DNA of 64,000 bases from Escherichia coli (lineage in GTDB: Bacteria > Pseudomonadota > Gammaproteobacteria > Enterobacterales > Enterobacteriaceae). Under the pieces are notes generated by a model. That model made no database searches. It was not told the origin of the DNA and saw only the letters and a list, made by a program, of their open reading frames with translations. Below are positions 18,668 through 28,074 of the stretch, one piece after another. The stretch lies in the NCBI GenBank assembly GCA_009729775.1, contig GCA_009729775.1_4081.1, one strand, 5' to 3'. Each line of letters starts with the position of its first letter. The first letter of the stretch is position 1. The position numbers and the translations under genes are program-made.

Positions 18668-19138
18668 TTAAAAATCTTTATTTTTATATAGTATTCTTTG
18701 ATTATTTGAACCACGGAAAGGTAATTTTAAATTCTTTTCGGACTCGATAAACTTACCATCAACTAATACATCTAAGTACTGAAGTATATCTTTAGCATGA
18801 TTTTTCATAATCTCATCTAAAGTATACCCACTCCAGCACCAAATAGTTTTACTAGGATAAGTTTCTTTAACTACTTTGCATAGATTTAAAACTTCATCTA
18901 TATTCTTTTTCATTAATGGATCGCCGCCTAGAAGTGACAAACCACTAACATATGGTTTTTTTAGTTCCTGTAGTATAATCTCAACTGTTTCAGTACTGAA
19001 CAATTGACCACTTCTGTAATCCCATGCTTCTTCATTGAAGCAACCATCACATCCGTGCGAACACCCACTAACAAATAAAGAGCAGCGAACGCCCTCTCCA
19101 TTTACTAAATCATCCTTGATTATCGTCTGGTAATTCAT
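18668..19138 (-). CDS. nrdG: anaerobic ribonucleotide reductase activating protein (radical SAM)
   Basis: 156 aa; motif VSGCSHGCDGCFN; adjacent to nrdD. Confidence 0.85.
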   Translation of the reverse strand: MNYQTIIKDDLVNGEGVRCSLFVSGCSHGCDGCFNEEAWDYRSGQLFSTETVEIILQELKKPYVSGLSLLGGDPLMKKNIDEVLNLCKVVKETYPSKTIWCWSGYTLDEIMKNHAKDILQYLDVLVDGKFIESEKNLKLPFRGSNNQRILYKNKDF

Positions 19139-19442
19139 CTAATATTGCACTCACTATTTCGACAAGAACATCGCCGTGACATGATTTTGGTTTACAGAAA
19201 CAACCAAGGCGTTTCCCTGCGAGTTCAAGTAATTCATCAATCTTAACTTCTCCACAAGAAATACGTTCAATAATGTATTCTCTGAATTTTTCAATTGATT
19301 CTTCTCTTGTACTAACAATGAACTCGGCTTTGGTTTGTTTATCTTTAATATGGGTAAATGGGTTTCCCCATTTAGACCCACGTCCAATATACACATCATA
19401 CGGTTCTTTGTATTTGTTAACCACAATTGGCTTTAAATCCAT
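19110..19442 (-). CDS. conserved small protein (110 aa) with GNP and C-x-C...C-H motifs (DUF4326-like, from memory)
   Basis: YIGRGSKWGNPF...LGCFCKPKSCHGDVL; located between nrdD and nrdG. Confidence 0.5.
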   Translation of the reverse strand: MDLKPIVVNKYKEPYDVYIGRGSKWGNPFTHIKDKQTKAEFIVSTREESIEKFREYIIERISCGEVKIDELLELAGKRLGCFCKPKSCHGDVLVEIVSAILDELPDDNQG

Positions 19443-19450
19443 AATTTACC

Positions 19451-21256
19451 TTATTTGTGCTGAATACGCTCACAACACTCTTGTTGTTTGCCTTTATTGA
19501 ATCCACGCGAAGAAGGATTACCCAAGTAACCAGAAACACGACGAATCACTGAGATTGTCTTCTCATTACGATTATCACATACCGGACAGTGGAAACCATG
19601 TTTATCTACACTGAACTCACCCTGGAAGCCACATTCATAACAATGGTCAACTGGTTGGTTAATACCAAAATATGGTATCTTCGTGTAAGCATAGTTAACT
19701 AATGTTTCAAGTGCTTGAATGTTGTTTGCTAAGTTTGGAGATTCAACATAACTGATGTTTCCACCGTTACTTAGGTAAGCAAAGCCTTCTTCATAACTCC
19801 ATTTATCAAATGGAGAACTTTCTACCCATACTGGTTGATGGAAGGAATTTGTGATGTAATCACGTTTTAGTACTGAAGGATATTTTGCTTCAATACAACG
19901 TGCAAATTTATAACAAAGTGACTCTGCTGGCGTTCCATATAGACTAAAAGCTATATTACTCTCTTTTTTGAACTCATCGCATTTTACTTTCATATAATTC
20001 AGTACTGACATACAAAACTCCTTACTGATAGAACCAGTGAGGATTTCTGAACATTCAACAAGTCCAACATAACCAATACTAATACTAGCATAACCATTGT
20101 AAAATAGCTTGTCAATGGTTTCTTCTGCACCTAAACGTGCTAATGCACCTTCCATGAACAAAATTGGATTTTGCTTTGCTTTAGTGCCTTTTAAACGCTC
20201 TACGCGGTTCATCTGAGCACGATATGCAATATTCATATGCTCGTCTATCTTATCAAAAAACTCTCCGTCAGAAGTACTCTCAAGAGCAATTAGAGGTAAA
20301 TTGATAGAAACCACACCTAAATTGAAACGACCGTTGTATTGTTCATTTCCATTTGAATCTTCCCATTTTCCTAAGAATGAACGACAGCCCATCGGTGTTA
20401 CAGCAGTACTACTACTTCCAGTCACTTTGTGATTTAATGGTACTGAAACAAAGTCAGGGTAGATTCGTTTTGATGCACAACGCATAGCTAACTGTTTAAG
20501 GTCATAATTACTATCGTTGGTATTCATGTTTATACCATCTTGTAAAAAGAAAATTACTTTAGGAAACACTGGAGTAATCTTATCTTTACCTAAACCATTC
20601 TCATGGACTTTTAAGTACTGTTCAGTGATTAATTTGCCAAATTTAGAAGTGTTAAGACCTAAACTAAGAGAAATAAATGCAGCTTGACCATTAGTACTAA
20701 TCATTGAATTAGTTTGGTAAAGTAATGTTTGGCAGCCATCATACACTTCTTTACGTAGTTCTTCTTCAATGAATTCATCACTTAGATTATATTTCTTTTG
20801 TTTTTCTAACAGCTTATCCCATGACTTTTGAACGTAAGGTTCTAATCCGACATCAATGTGAGCCAAAGATTGACCACCATACTGGGAACTGGCAACAGCT
20901 TGGACAATTTGTGTCAGTACTGTGCAAGCTACACTGAAACTTTTTGGTTCTTCAATTTTAGCACAACCAATAGTGAAGCCGTTTTTAAGCATATCAGGAT
21001 AGTTAACCAAGCAACAATTGGTCAATGGGCTAATATAGTAATCTAAATCATGAATATGACCATATCCATCATTATGCCATTGCATTAACTCGGTGGGAAT
21101 AACATCTTGTGAATAATGCTTAGATAGAATACCTGCTAGTAAATCTCTATGTGTATTGACGCATTTTGCATCTTTATTAGCGTTTTCATTAGTAAGATCA
21201 GTATTACTCTGATTTAGGAAATTTGTTACATCGGTATATAATTTATCTAATTGCAT
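19451..21256 (-). CDS. nrdD: anaerobic ribonucleoside-triphosphate reductase, class III
   Basis: strong resemblance to T4 NrdD as I recall it (LTNENANKD, NCCL, C-terminal glycyl-radical region RRVSGYLG and CPVC Zn site); start moved to ATG 21254-21256 with AAGGA RBS (ORF track start 21319). Confidence 0.9.
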   Translation of the reverse strand: MQLDKLYTDVTNFLNQSNTDLTNENANKDAKCVNTHRDLLAGILSKHYSQDVIPTELMQWHNDGYGHIHDLDYYISPLTNCCLVNYPDMLKNGFTIGCAKIEEPKSFSVACTVLTQIVQAVASSQYGGQSLAHIDVGLEPYVQKSWDKLLEKQKKYNLSDEFIEEELRKEVYDGCQTLLYQTNSMISTNGQAAFISLSLGLNTSKFGKLITEQYLKVHENGLGKDKITPVFPKVIFFLQDGINMNTNDSNYDLKQLAMRCASKRIYPDFVSVPLNHKVTGSSSTAVTPMGCRSFLGKWEDSNGNEQYNGRFNLGVVSINLPLIALESTSDGEFFDKIDEHMNIAYRAQMNRVERLKGTKAKQNPILFMEGALARLGAEETIDKLFYNGYASISIGYVGLVECSEILTGSISKEFCMSVLNYMKVKCDEFKKESNIAFSLYGTPAESLCYKFARCIEAKYPSVLKRDYITNSFHQPVWVESSPFDKWSYEEGFAYLSNGGNISYVESPNLANNIQALETLVNYAYTKIPYFGINQPVDHCYECGFQGEFSVDKHGFHCPVCDNRNEKTISVIRRVSGYLGNPSSRGFNKGKQQECCERIQHK

Positions 21257-21393
21257 TGTACATTCCTTGTATTTTGAAATCATCTGGGGGTGAAGATATT
21301 TAATATCACCAGACAACATTATAGCGTCAGAACAGGTTATTTCTCTTGACCTATATCAAGGAAAAGTCACATTGGTTTTTATTTGCACAAATA

Positions 21394-21415
21394 GAAAAAG
21401 CACCACTAGGGTGCT
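21394..21415 (-). terminator. intrinsic terminator-like hairpin (AGCACC/GGTGCT) plus U-run
   Basis: hairpin 21399-21415 with A-run 21394-21398 on plus. Confidence 0.5.
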
Positions 21416-21532
21416 TTAAAGTACTGCTAATATAACAACTGCCCAAATTAACAGTAATACATTGGTTGGGGCTGAAAAAATCATATATGCAGCAATTGCA
21501 CTACAACCTATGACAAGTTTAGCTAGTCTCAT
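21416..21532 (-). CDS. small hydrophobic peptide (38 aa), not in ORF track
   Basis: hand translation MRLAKLVIGCSAIAAYMIFSAPTNVLLLIWAVVILAVL; terminator directly after stop. Confidence 0.3.
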   Translation of the reverse strand: MRLAKLVIGCSAIAAYMIFSAPTNVLLLIWAVVILAVL

Positions 21533-21704
21533 CTGGACTCCATGTAATAGTCACTGTGAACGTCCCTTCCTGAAAACCAAACTCATCTTGTGGGATTTGT
21601 TCAGCTAATGGGTTAAATCTTGAATCGAAGGCTTCATGCACATCTCGCTGAATATCATAGAGACTTTCACCATCGTATTCTTTTTTAAAGATTTCATTCT
21701 GCAT
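21519..21704 (-). CDS. hypothetical small protein (61 aa)
   Basis: ORF track; overlaps 21694..22104 by 11 nt in another frame. Confidence 0.4.
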   Translation of the reverse strand: MQNEIFKKEYDGESLYDIQRDVHEAFDSRFNPLAEQIPQDEFGFQEGTFTVTITWSPDETS

Positions 21705-22104
21705 TGATACGTAACGACCCTCGTATTATGTCTGGATAGCCATCAAATAGTTCAATAAGTTGGTTTAACGCATAAGAACTGAAGAATGGATTATTCTTTG
21801 CAATTTCTATTCGTTTTTCAATATCCATTAATATAATCTCTGGTCTACTGAAATTACCTTTACGTCTATATGTTAGTAAACGCTCTTTGTGTCCGTTGAA
21901 CTGAAATTCAAAATATGTTGATGATGTATAATCACTTCCATCAGGAATCGGAATTGAGAAATCAACATTGTACTTATAACCAAATGCAAAAAAATAACCA
22001 CCATCTTCGAACGGTATAGTTGTATCATTTAGGTGGAAATCTATTTCATCTCCTAATATATCAAATATCTTGGTACTTAGAGACATAAAATCATCGGCTA
22101 ACAT
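21694..22104 (-). CDS. hypothetical protein (136 aa)
   Basis: ORF track. Confidence 0.5.
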   Translation of the reverse strand: MLADDFMSLSTKIFDILGDEIDFHLNDTTIPFEDGGYFFAFGYKYNVDFSIPIPDGSDYTSSTYFEFQFNGHKERLLTYRRKGNFSRPEIILMDIEKRIEIAKNNPFFSSYALNQLIELFDGYPDIIRGSLRINAE

Positions 22105-22114
22105 TTTTTTTACC

Positions 22115-22333
22115 TTATTTTATAACTCGACAGTAGTACTGAATAATGTAAGGAAATAATGGATTATTCACGTATGTAGCGAAATTAGCTATTGTAACTT
22201 TTTTATAGTACGAATTATGAATTGTTATAAGAGTGTGGGGATCTATTGATTCTCTATTAGAGAGTTCAACATAACGCCCACACTTCATATAAGCCTTACC
22301 ATAATAATCGTAAATTATGTCATATTTTTCCAT
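22115..22333 (-). CDS. hypothetical protein (72 aa)
   Basis: ORF track. Confidence 0.5.
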   Translation of the reverse strand: MEKYDIIYDYYGKAYMKCGRYVELSNRESIDPHTLITIHNSYYKKVTIANFATYVNNPLFPYIIQYYCRVIK

Positions 22334-22693
22334 TTATTCTGGATCTTTGTTTTTATCAACTGTGTTGTTTTTATTCAAATCAATTTGTAAAGCCATTGCA
22401 GCTTCAGCATTTTCTTCATGTGTGCCATTGAATTTATACCCATTCTTAATGAGATTCACTGTGTAGTACTTATTGTAAAGAAATGCCCACACGACCATTG
22501 CAATTGTACCCACAATCCAAAATGACACTGCGTTGAGGATGAAGTAAATTACAAATGCACCGATGAACGTAATAAAGTCACCACGAAACAATGCAGGGAA
22601 CGGTCCAAAGAATAATGTTGTCCATGAGAATCCAAAGAAACCATCTTTGCGTTGTCCTACATTTTCATTTTTTAAAGAAATAGTTTTAGCCAT
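22334..22693 (-). CDS. membrane protein (119 aa)
   Basis: two or three hydrophobic helices (FFGFSWTTLFFGPFPALF..., ILNAVSFWIVGTIAMVVWAFL). Confidence 0.55.
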   Translation of the reverse strand: MAKTISLKNENVGQRKDGFFGFSWTTLFFGPFPALFRGDFITFIGAFVIYFILNAVSFWIVGTIAMVVWAFLYNKYYTVNLIKNGYKFNGTHEENAEAAMALQIDLNKNNTVDKNKDPE

Positions 22694-22702
22694 TTTAATC
22701 TC

Positions 22703-22927
22703 CTACTTATTATTTGGGTTTGGTATACAGTACACATATACTAGATTACTAAAGTGTTCAGTACTGGAATATTTTGCTAACTCAGTAATGTGAAAGTTCT
22801 TGTCATAAAACCTTCCACTATTGAATGTTGTTATTTGGCAACAATGTATAGGTCTGAAAATATAATAATAAAATATATCATTTTCAACTACAACAGTATG
22901 GTTTGTATAACGCTCGATTTTCTTCAT
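22703..22927 (-). CDS. hypothetical protein (74 aa)
   Basis: ORF track. Confidence 0.45.
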   Translation of the reverse strand: MKKIERYTNHTVVVENDIFYYYIFRPIHCCQITTFNSGRFYDKNFHITELAKYSSTEHFSNLVYVYCIPNPNNK

Positions 22928-23292
22928 GTGTGGATAATTTCCTTAACCCCGTATTCCATAATTGCTAATGTGCAAATTTCACATGGTTTAGCAGGTACAG
23001 GAATACCATCTTTACTTATCCGTGCAATCAGTAAAGTATGAACATCAGCACGTGCAGCTAATAAGCAAGAAATTTCAGCATGGAGAAATTCACCTTGTGG
23101 ACGTCCAGCACGAATTGCAAAACCTTTCTGTACTGGATGTGTCTGTGTATAAGAATTTGTGCGTGTTGCCAGTACTCGACCTTTTTTATCCAGTGCACGA
23201 GCAATCACACGATACCGCTTGTAGTTCCCTACTTGCTCAATAGGTGGCATCCGGCGTAATTCTTCAACAAGTTTCTCCAATTTACTATTCAT
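22924..23292 (-). CDS. small CDA-fold zinc deaminase (TadA/cytidine-deaminase-like), 122 aa
   Basis: HAEISCLLAA ... PCEICTLAI = H(A/C)E...PCxxC zinc-binding signature; Arg-rich; gene GC ~42% vs ~33% background (hand count). Confidence 0.65.
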   Translation of the reverse strand: MNSKLEKLVEELRRMPPIEQVGNYKRYRVIARALDKKGRVLATRTNSYTQTHPVQKGFAIRAGRPQGEFLHAEISCLLAARADVHTLLIARISKDGIPVPAKPCEICTLAIMEYGVKEIIHT

Positions 23293-23915
23293 AAGTCTAA
23301 GTCTATACCCTTTTCAAGTGATTTTTCTAGAACCCAAAGTTTACATTCTTCACTCTCCAAATGTATCTTTGCCTCTTGCTGTTCTTCTATTGTACAAGAC
23401 TTTATGAATGCACGCAAGGCTTGGATTGTATTTTTTAAATTTTTTATGTCATCGATAATTTTTTCTTTGGTTTCTTCATCGATTACACATGAACTCCAAC
23501 TGTGTCGTTCCTCCCAAACTGTTTTAGTGGGATTATAAATTGATGATGTCGAAATAGCTACATGGATCTTATTAAATTCATCGTCCGCTTCTTGTTGGGT
23601 GTAATCACCATATGTTCTTAGCACATTTTTGTATAATTCATCAATGGCCTCTTCATACGTATCACCACCACAATCCAATTGATAATCATGTGCTTGTACC
23701 CATTCGTCGTCTTGCTCAATATACATTGGTGAAAGAAATTCTACCCAAAATTGAGTCTTTGTATTCAATGCTTTGAAATCTTCAATTCGATTTGTCATTG
23801 GACACACATCATGAGGTTCTATATCAATCCTAGCTGGAACCATATCTTTGTTTATGAATTTAGGATGACCCAAAATCCACCAGTACTTTTCCGATGTAGT
23901 CATAGTAATCTCCAA
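23289..23915 (-). CDS. hypothetical protein (208 aa)
   Basis: ORF track. Confidence 0.6.
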   Translation of the reverse strand: MEITMTTSEKYWWILGHPKFINKDMVPARIDIEPHDVCPMTNRIEDFKALNTKTQFWVEFLSPMYIEQDDEWVQAHDYQLDCGGDTYEEAIDELYKNVLRTYGDYTQQEADDEFNKIHVAISTSSIYNPTKTVWEERHSWSSCVIDEETKEKIIDDIKNLKNTIQALRAFIKSCTIEEQQEAKIHLESEECKLWVLEKSLEKGIDLDL

Positions 23916-23949
23916 TTAAAAAGTACTGCACACGATGGCAGTACTGATG

Positions 23950-24309
23950 TTAAACGTAACGTTTCTTTTTATAATCATACCCTACTGCTTTGTAAAAGTC
24001 AAACAAAGAAGCATGTTCAAATGTAGGTAATAGATCATATGGGTGCTGATAGTTCGCAATACCAACAATAGCCATCATTGATTCAGCAGTTCTTACGTTC
24101 TCACTATCCCATTCATCTAAACGCCAAAGTGAGCAAAGTACCTCTCGTTCATGTTGCTTACCCAGAAAGAATCCAGCTTCACGGTCACGAAATGCACCTA
24201 CACTGACAGTACTTTTGTACCAGTCTTTTTCACCATATAATGGCATACGGATAATATGTTTTTCTTTAGCTTCTCCAAAGCGATGAAGAAATGCTACATA
24301 ATCACTCAT
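23950..24309 (-). CDS. hypothetical protein (119 aa)
   Basis: ORF track; ATG 24307-24309. Confidence 0.55.
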   Translation of the reverse strand: MSDYVAFLHRFGEAKEKHIIRMPLYGEKDWYKSTVSVGAFRDREAGFFLGKQHEREVLCSLWRLDEWDSENVRTAESMMAIVGIANYQHPYDLLPTFEHASLFDFYKAVGYDYKKKRYV

Positions 24310-24476
24310 AATTTATAACCCATTACAGGTTTGGTATGATCCGGTTCGTAAGACTTTTCAGTACTGAACCCTCTGAAATTACCACGACCTGGATTCGGGC
24401 AAGCCATTCCTTGTACTGAATGCTTACCCTTATCTTTGCCACAATTTTTACATTTGTAGTCAATTACTTCTTTCAT
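24306..24476 (-). CDS. small zinc-ribbon-like protein (56 aa), not in ORF track
   Basis: hand translation MKEVIDYKCKNCGKDKGKHSVQGMACPNPGRG...; ATGA overlaps with both neighbours. Confidence 0.4.
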   Translation of the reverse strand: MKEVIDYKCKNCGKDKGKHSVQGMACPNPGRGNFRGFSTEKSYEPDHTKPVMGYKL

Positions 24477-24721
24477 TGTGCATCCTTCGGAACAGTATTA
24501 AGACGTTTGCGATTCACAATCTTCCTGCACATGAGGTTAAGATCTTGCCCATGACGCATAGTATGACATGCGTATAGTGTTCCTTGATGATTTAGTTTTG
24601 TTAAACCTTGACGGATGATTTCAGCATCCATCTCATCAACTTTAGGAGCACAACCACAGAGAATAATGGATACAAATATTGTTAATGTAATGAATATATT
24701 TTTCATGATATTTTTTCTCAT
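24473..24721 (-). CDS. small lipoprotein (82 aa)
   Basis: signal peptide with lipobox ILCGC. Confidence 0.5.
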   Translation of the reverse strand: MRKNIMKNIFITLTIFVSIILCGCAPKVDEMDAEIIRQGLTKLNHQGTLYACHTMRHGQDLNLMCRKIVNRKRLNTVPKDAQ

Positions 24722-25098
24722 TTAGTAAAACACGAATTATTACTGATAAGTTCATCAAGTACGTTTTGTACTTCGATAGAATTAATATCAACTTTGTAAT
24801 AATTATAGTTTTTAACTCTAAAATGTTCTTTTGATATATCAACTTTAAATTCAATAATATCAAGATTACCAATAAAATCAGACTTATCAGTTCTTAAATC
24901 CAAAATACCTAATTCCGGTTTTTGTGGTTTACATAAAATCAAACCAAATTTATTTTCTTCAAATGCCTGATTAAACATATCATAATAATCACTAATAACA
25001 AATCTAATATTATCAGTGCTTAACTTTCCTGATTTTCCTTTTTTATAAACAGAAACAATGTTTAGTTCAAAGGTTTTACCAAAGCGTGTGATTTTCAT
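24718..25098 (-). CDS. hypothetical protein (126 aa)
   Basis: ORF track. Confidence 0.55.
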   Translation of the reverse strand: MKITRFGKTFELNIVSVYKKGKSGKLSTDNIRFVISDYYDMFNQAFEENKFGLILCKPQKPELGILDLRTDKSDFIGNLDIIEFKVDISKEHFRVKNYNYYKVDINSIEVQNVLDELISNNSCFTK

Positions 25099-26066
25099 TT
25101 TGGGCTATAACCACTTTTAATTTTAGAAATTACTTTCTTCTCGAAGAACTTACGTGCTTCTTCAATAGTTTCGAATTCTTCACCATCTGTAGTACTAGTT
25201 TTACCAATAGAACCGTACTCAATAATTACTTCACACACTGGAGCATTCAATTCAATATTATAGAATTTGTTTGAAGAATCGTGAACATATTCCAAATGTA
25301 CATTATCAGGAATGTTCTGTACATAATCATAGTTCTTGAAGATAATATCAATCATATTTTCTTCGCCGCGATCAGGAAATATTTCAGTATTATTGAGTAC
25401 TAAACGCTGTGCAGCACGGAACATATCAAAATATTGTTCGCCTTTTTTCAGTTCTTTTGTATCAGAACAGAAATGACCATAATATTCTACATAATCATTC
25501 CAAGGATAAATTCCTTCATCAGCAGTTTCAGACACGTAAGTTTCATCTTGTGGAACTTTAAAACCACGAGTTTTTGGATGAGAAATTAAGCACAGTGAAA
25601 TATTATGACCGATATCTGAATCATCAGTAATACTACCACCAACCATATGAACAACATTTTTAATACTTTCAAAATCTACATCTTCAATTTCATGATACAT
25701 TAAATGTTCTTCAATATTACTTACTAGTAATGAATTACCATTTCCGGCATCGAATTCAAAAATGAAAAGTTCTACACAATCTTCTTCTTTCATTTCAATA
25801 GTATCACTGAGTTTAATATACTCATTTTTTAATTGTTCAATATTTTCATGAGAACCAAAACTATAACGTGAACTGATATAACTACTACCGTCCAACCATC
25901 CCATATCCCAAGGTTCTTCTGACATGTATTCTGAGCTATAGAAATCAGTCAAATCATCTCTCTGAGTACAAACCGTAAGAGAACGAACATTACTAAGACC
26001 TTGAACTTCAAGATTCAGCACTGTAGTATTGCCAATTTTTTGTTCAGAAATAATTTTAGTTTTCAT
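25095..26066 (-). CDS. protein with C-terminal WGR-like domain (323 aa)
   Basis: C-terminus NKFYNIELNAPVCEVIIEYGSIGKTSTTDGEEFETIEEARKFFEKKVISKIKSGY resembles the WGR motif pattern; N-terminal 260 aa unassigned. Confidence 0.55.
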   Translation of the reverse strand: MKTKIISEQKIGNTTVLNLEVQGLSNVRSLTVCTQRDDLTDFYSSEYMSEEPWDMGWLDGSSYISSRYSFGSHENIEQLKNEYIKLSDTIEMKEEDCVELFIFEFDAGNGNSLLVSNIEEHLMYHEIEDVDFESIKNVVHMVGGSITDDSDIGHNISLCLISHPKTRGFKVPQDETYVSETADEGIYPWNDYVEYYGHFCSDTKELKKGEQYFDMFRAAQRLVLNNTEIFPDRGEENMIDIIFKNYDYVQNIPDNVHLEYVHDSSNKFYNIELNAPVCEVIIEYGSIGKTSTTDGEEFETIEEARKFFEKKVISKIKSGYSPK

Positions 26067-26283
26067 TTAAAATACCTATTGAATTGATTTACGCCATTTG
26101 GCTAGTTTAACATTCATGTAAGTAAGGAACTCACGTTCCATCTCTTCTGAACTCATATTATCGCATTACAAAGCGAACATGTCAAGTGCACAAATGCAAA
26201 GATCTACAGCTTCACCTTTGACACCATCTTTACCTGCTTCTTTATATGATAACCCATCACGGATGTTCATATTTCATATCATC

Positions 26284-26934
26284 CTACTTTTTCGATTGGA
26301 ACAATGCAATCTGTACGCGTGTGATGAACTCACGCTCTACTTCTTCAGCACTGTGTCCTTCATATTGTGTCTTGAAAAGTTCCATTGCTTTTAGGGCCAT
26401 CTGTACAGAAATGTCTGTAATACTTTCAGTACTGGTGCTTTCAAATACGTTTTTGATGGTTAGTTCACCATCACAAACATCATCAACTACAACTGGGGTA
26501 TTGTTTTGTTCATCAATGTAACGTAAAGCTTTGTACTCTGCTTTTGTTAGATTTTCATACCAACGTGGGTGGTGGAACAAATCATGCATTGTAACTTTTG
26601 CTGCTTCCATGAGAAGTAATAGCTCTTCATTTCTGCGAATATGTTTTTCTTCACCTTTATGATTTTTGTAAGTATATGCACAACGCATAATGGCTAATCG
26701 AACTTCACCTGCTTTGGTGATAGTGTATGAATGTATTGCATTATCATAATCACTTTCCCATTTCTGACCAGCATATTCGTACCAAAGTTCATTAGTTTCC
26801 CATTTAATGAAATCAAATTCTAACAAACTGTCAATCAACTTAGCCAAATTACCACTGTACTCACGGCTAATGATATTGAAACCACCATTGTACTTTGCAA
26901 GGTACAGAATCTTTTCTTGAGTTACATTTTTCAT
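26284..26934 (-). CDS. hypothetical protein (216 aa)
   Basis: ORF track. Confidence 0.6.
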   Translation of the reverse strand: MKNVTQEKILYLAKYNGGFNIISREYSGNLAKLIDSLLEFDFIKWETNELWYEYAGQKWESDYDNAIHSYTITKAGEVRLAIMRCAYTYKNHKGEEKHIRRNEELLLLMEAAKVTMHDLFHHPRWYENLTKAEYKALRYIDEQNNTPVVVDDVCDGELTIKNVFESTSTESITDISVQMALKAMELFKTQYEGHSAEEVEREFITRVQIALFQSKK

Positions 26935-27272
26935 TACATGTAATCCTTGATGTATTTTAGCAGTTTAGATTTCTCTTCGGTACTTAATGATTTCTTGTTC
27001 ATTAAGTGTTTCATTTCTTGACGTTCAATTTCTTCACATCTTTTAGATTCAGCTTCAATTCGTGTATTATATTCTTCGTCAGTTTCTTCTCTGGTCCAAA
27101 TTACATTGTATCCATGAAAACCGCCGTAACCACTGTCTGGTGAAAGACTAATGTGACCGTTATATTCAGCACGATACTTATTAAGAGTGTCAATAAAGGT
27201 ATCAATGCCACACGGTTCAATTTCAATATAACCAATCACTACAGTAACGTCAATTTTGTTCATAAAGTTCAC
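26934..27272 (-). CDS. hypothetical protein (112 aa)
   Basis: ORF track. Confidence 0.55.
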   Translation of the reverse strand: MNFMNKIDVTVVIGYIEIEPCGIDTFIDTLNKYRAEYNGHISLSPDSGYGGFHGYNVIWTREETDEEYNTRIEAESKRCEEIERQEMKHLMNKKSLSTEEKSKLLKYIKDYM

Positions 27273-27290
27273 CTATAAAATTAGGGAGCA

Positions 27291-27848
27291 TTAGCTCCCT
27301 TTGTATTGATGTTTATGTTTTGTACTGTATTTCCAGCCAGTACTATGTCTTGTTCTGATATCGTCCCAATACGATGGTAATGAACGCATCTTACGTCTTC
27401 CACGTATATCAGGTTCCCCCTCATCCTTCAGTACTGCACAAGCCATACGACGCTCTTGTTGAGTCTTAGGACGCTTGTATCGGGAGTGGTTATGTTTGTA
27501 CATATACGAACGCTTATGACGCCATTCCGTATCACGAGCTTTACGTTTATGTTCCCAGTACTCATTATAGAGTATCATGTATTCACCCATAAGTAAATCA
27601 GGAGATACAAGTAATCCTTTTTCAGTACAAAGATAATAACCCACAAACTTTTCTGGAAACATTTCGTAATAGAAACGGTTCTTCCAAAATGTTTCACGAT
27701 TCTTTTTGTTGAATTCTGCTAAATCAAATTTCATCTTACTGTGGAAACGATCTATCCCTTGATGGTCAGCAATGTATTGAAGTAGATCGTCTACAATCTC
27801 AACTTTACCAGAATCGTGATACAACGTAAATGTTTGGTCAAAAAACAT
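27291..27848 (-). CDS. hypothetical protein with strongly basic C-terminus (185 aa)
   Basis: ORF track; K/R/H-rich tail. Confidence 0.55.
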   Translation of the reverse strand: MFFDQTFTLYHDSGKVEIVDDLLQYIADHQGIDRFHSKMKFDLAEFNKKNRETFWKNRFYYEMFPEKFVGYYLCTEKGLLVSPDLLMGEYMILYNEYWEHKRKARDTEWRHKRSYMYKHNHSRYKRPKTQQERRMACAVLKDEGEPDIRGRRKMRSLPSYWDDIRTRHSTGWKYSTKHKHQYKGS

Positions 27849-27944
27849 ATGAAATCTCCTTTAAGTTAAAATAACCTAATGGAAAGTCATTCTTCCTTTA
27901 ATACATGTTCTCATGATTTGTTCCTTTTGTCAAGATATAGATAT

Positions 27945-27970
27945 AAAAAATCCCTGCCAAAAGACAGGGA
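27945..27970 (-). terminator. intrinsic terminator (TCCCTG/CAGGGA) plus U6 ending the 33.5-28.0 kb transcription unit
   Basis: perfect 6-bp stem, 8-nt loop, A6 on plus 27945-27950. Confidence 0.5.
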
Positions 27971-27990
27971 CGAAAAACTGAAATAACACA

Positions 27991-28055
27991 TGGAGTTCTT
28001 TTTAATTTAATAAAAAGTATTATTATTCTTATAAAAGTATTTATTAAGAACTCCA
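27991..28055. repeat. 10-bp perfect inverted repeat (TGGAGTTCTT / AAGAACTCCA) separated by ~45 nt of AT-rich DNA
   Basis: seen directly in the sequence between gene 28075..28263 and the terminator. Confidence 0.4.
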
Positions 28056-28074
28056 CAATATTGCTTCAAATGAA

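Noticed and set aside
19154-19426. ORF 19154..19426 (-) nested in 19110..19442
   Set aside because: Alternative frame of the same locus; the 110-aa frame carries conserved GNP and Cys/His motifs, this one does not.
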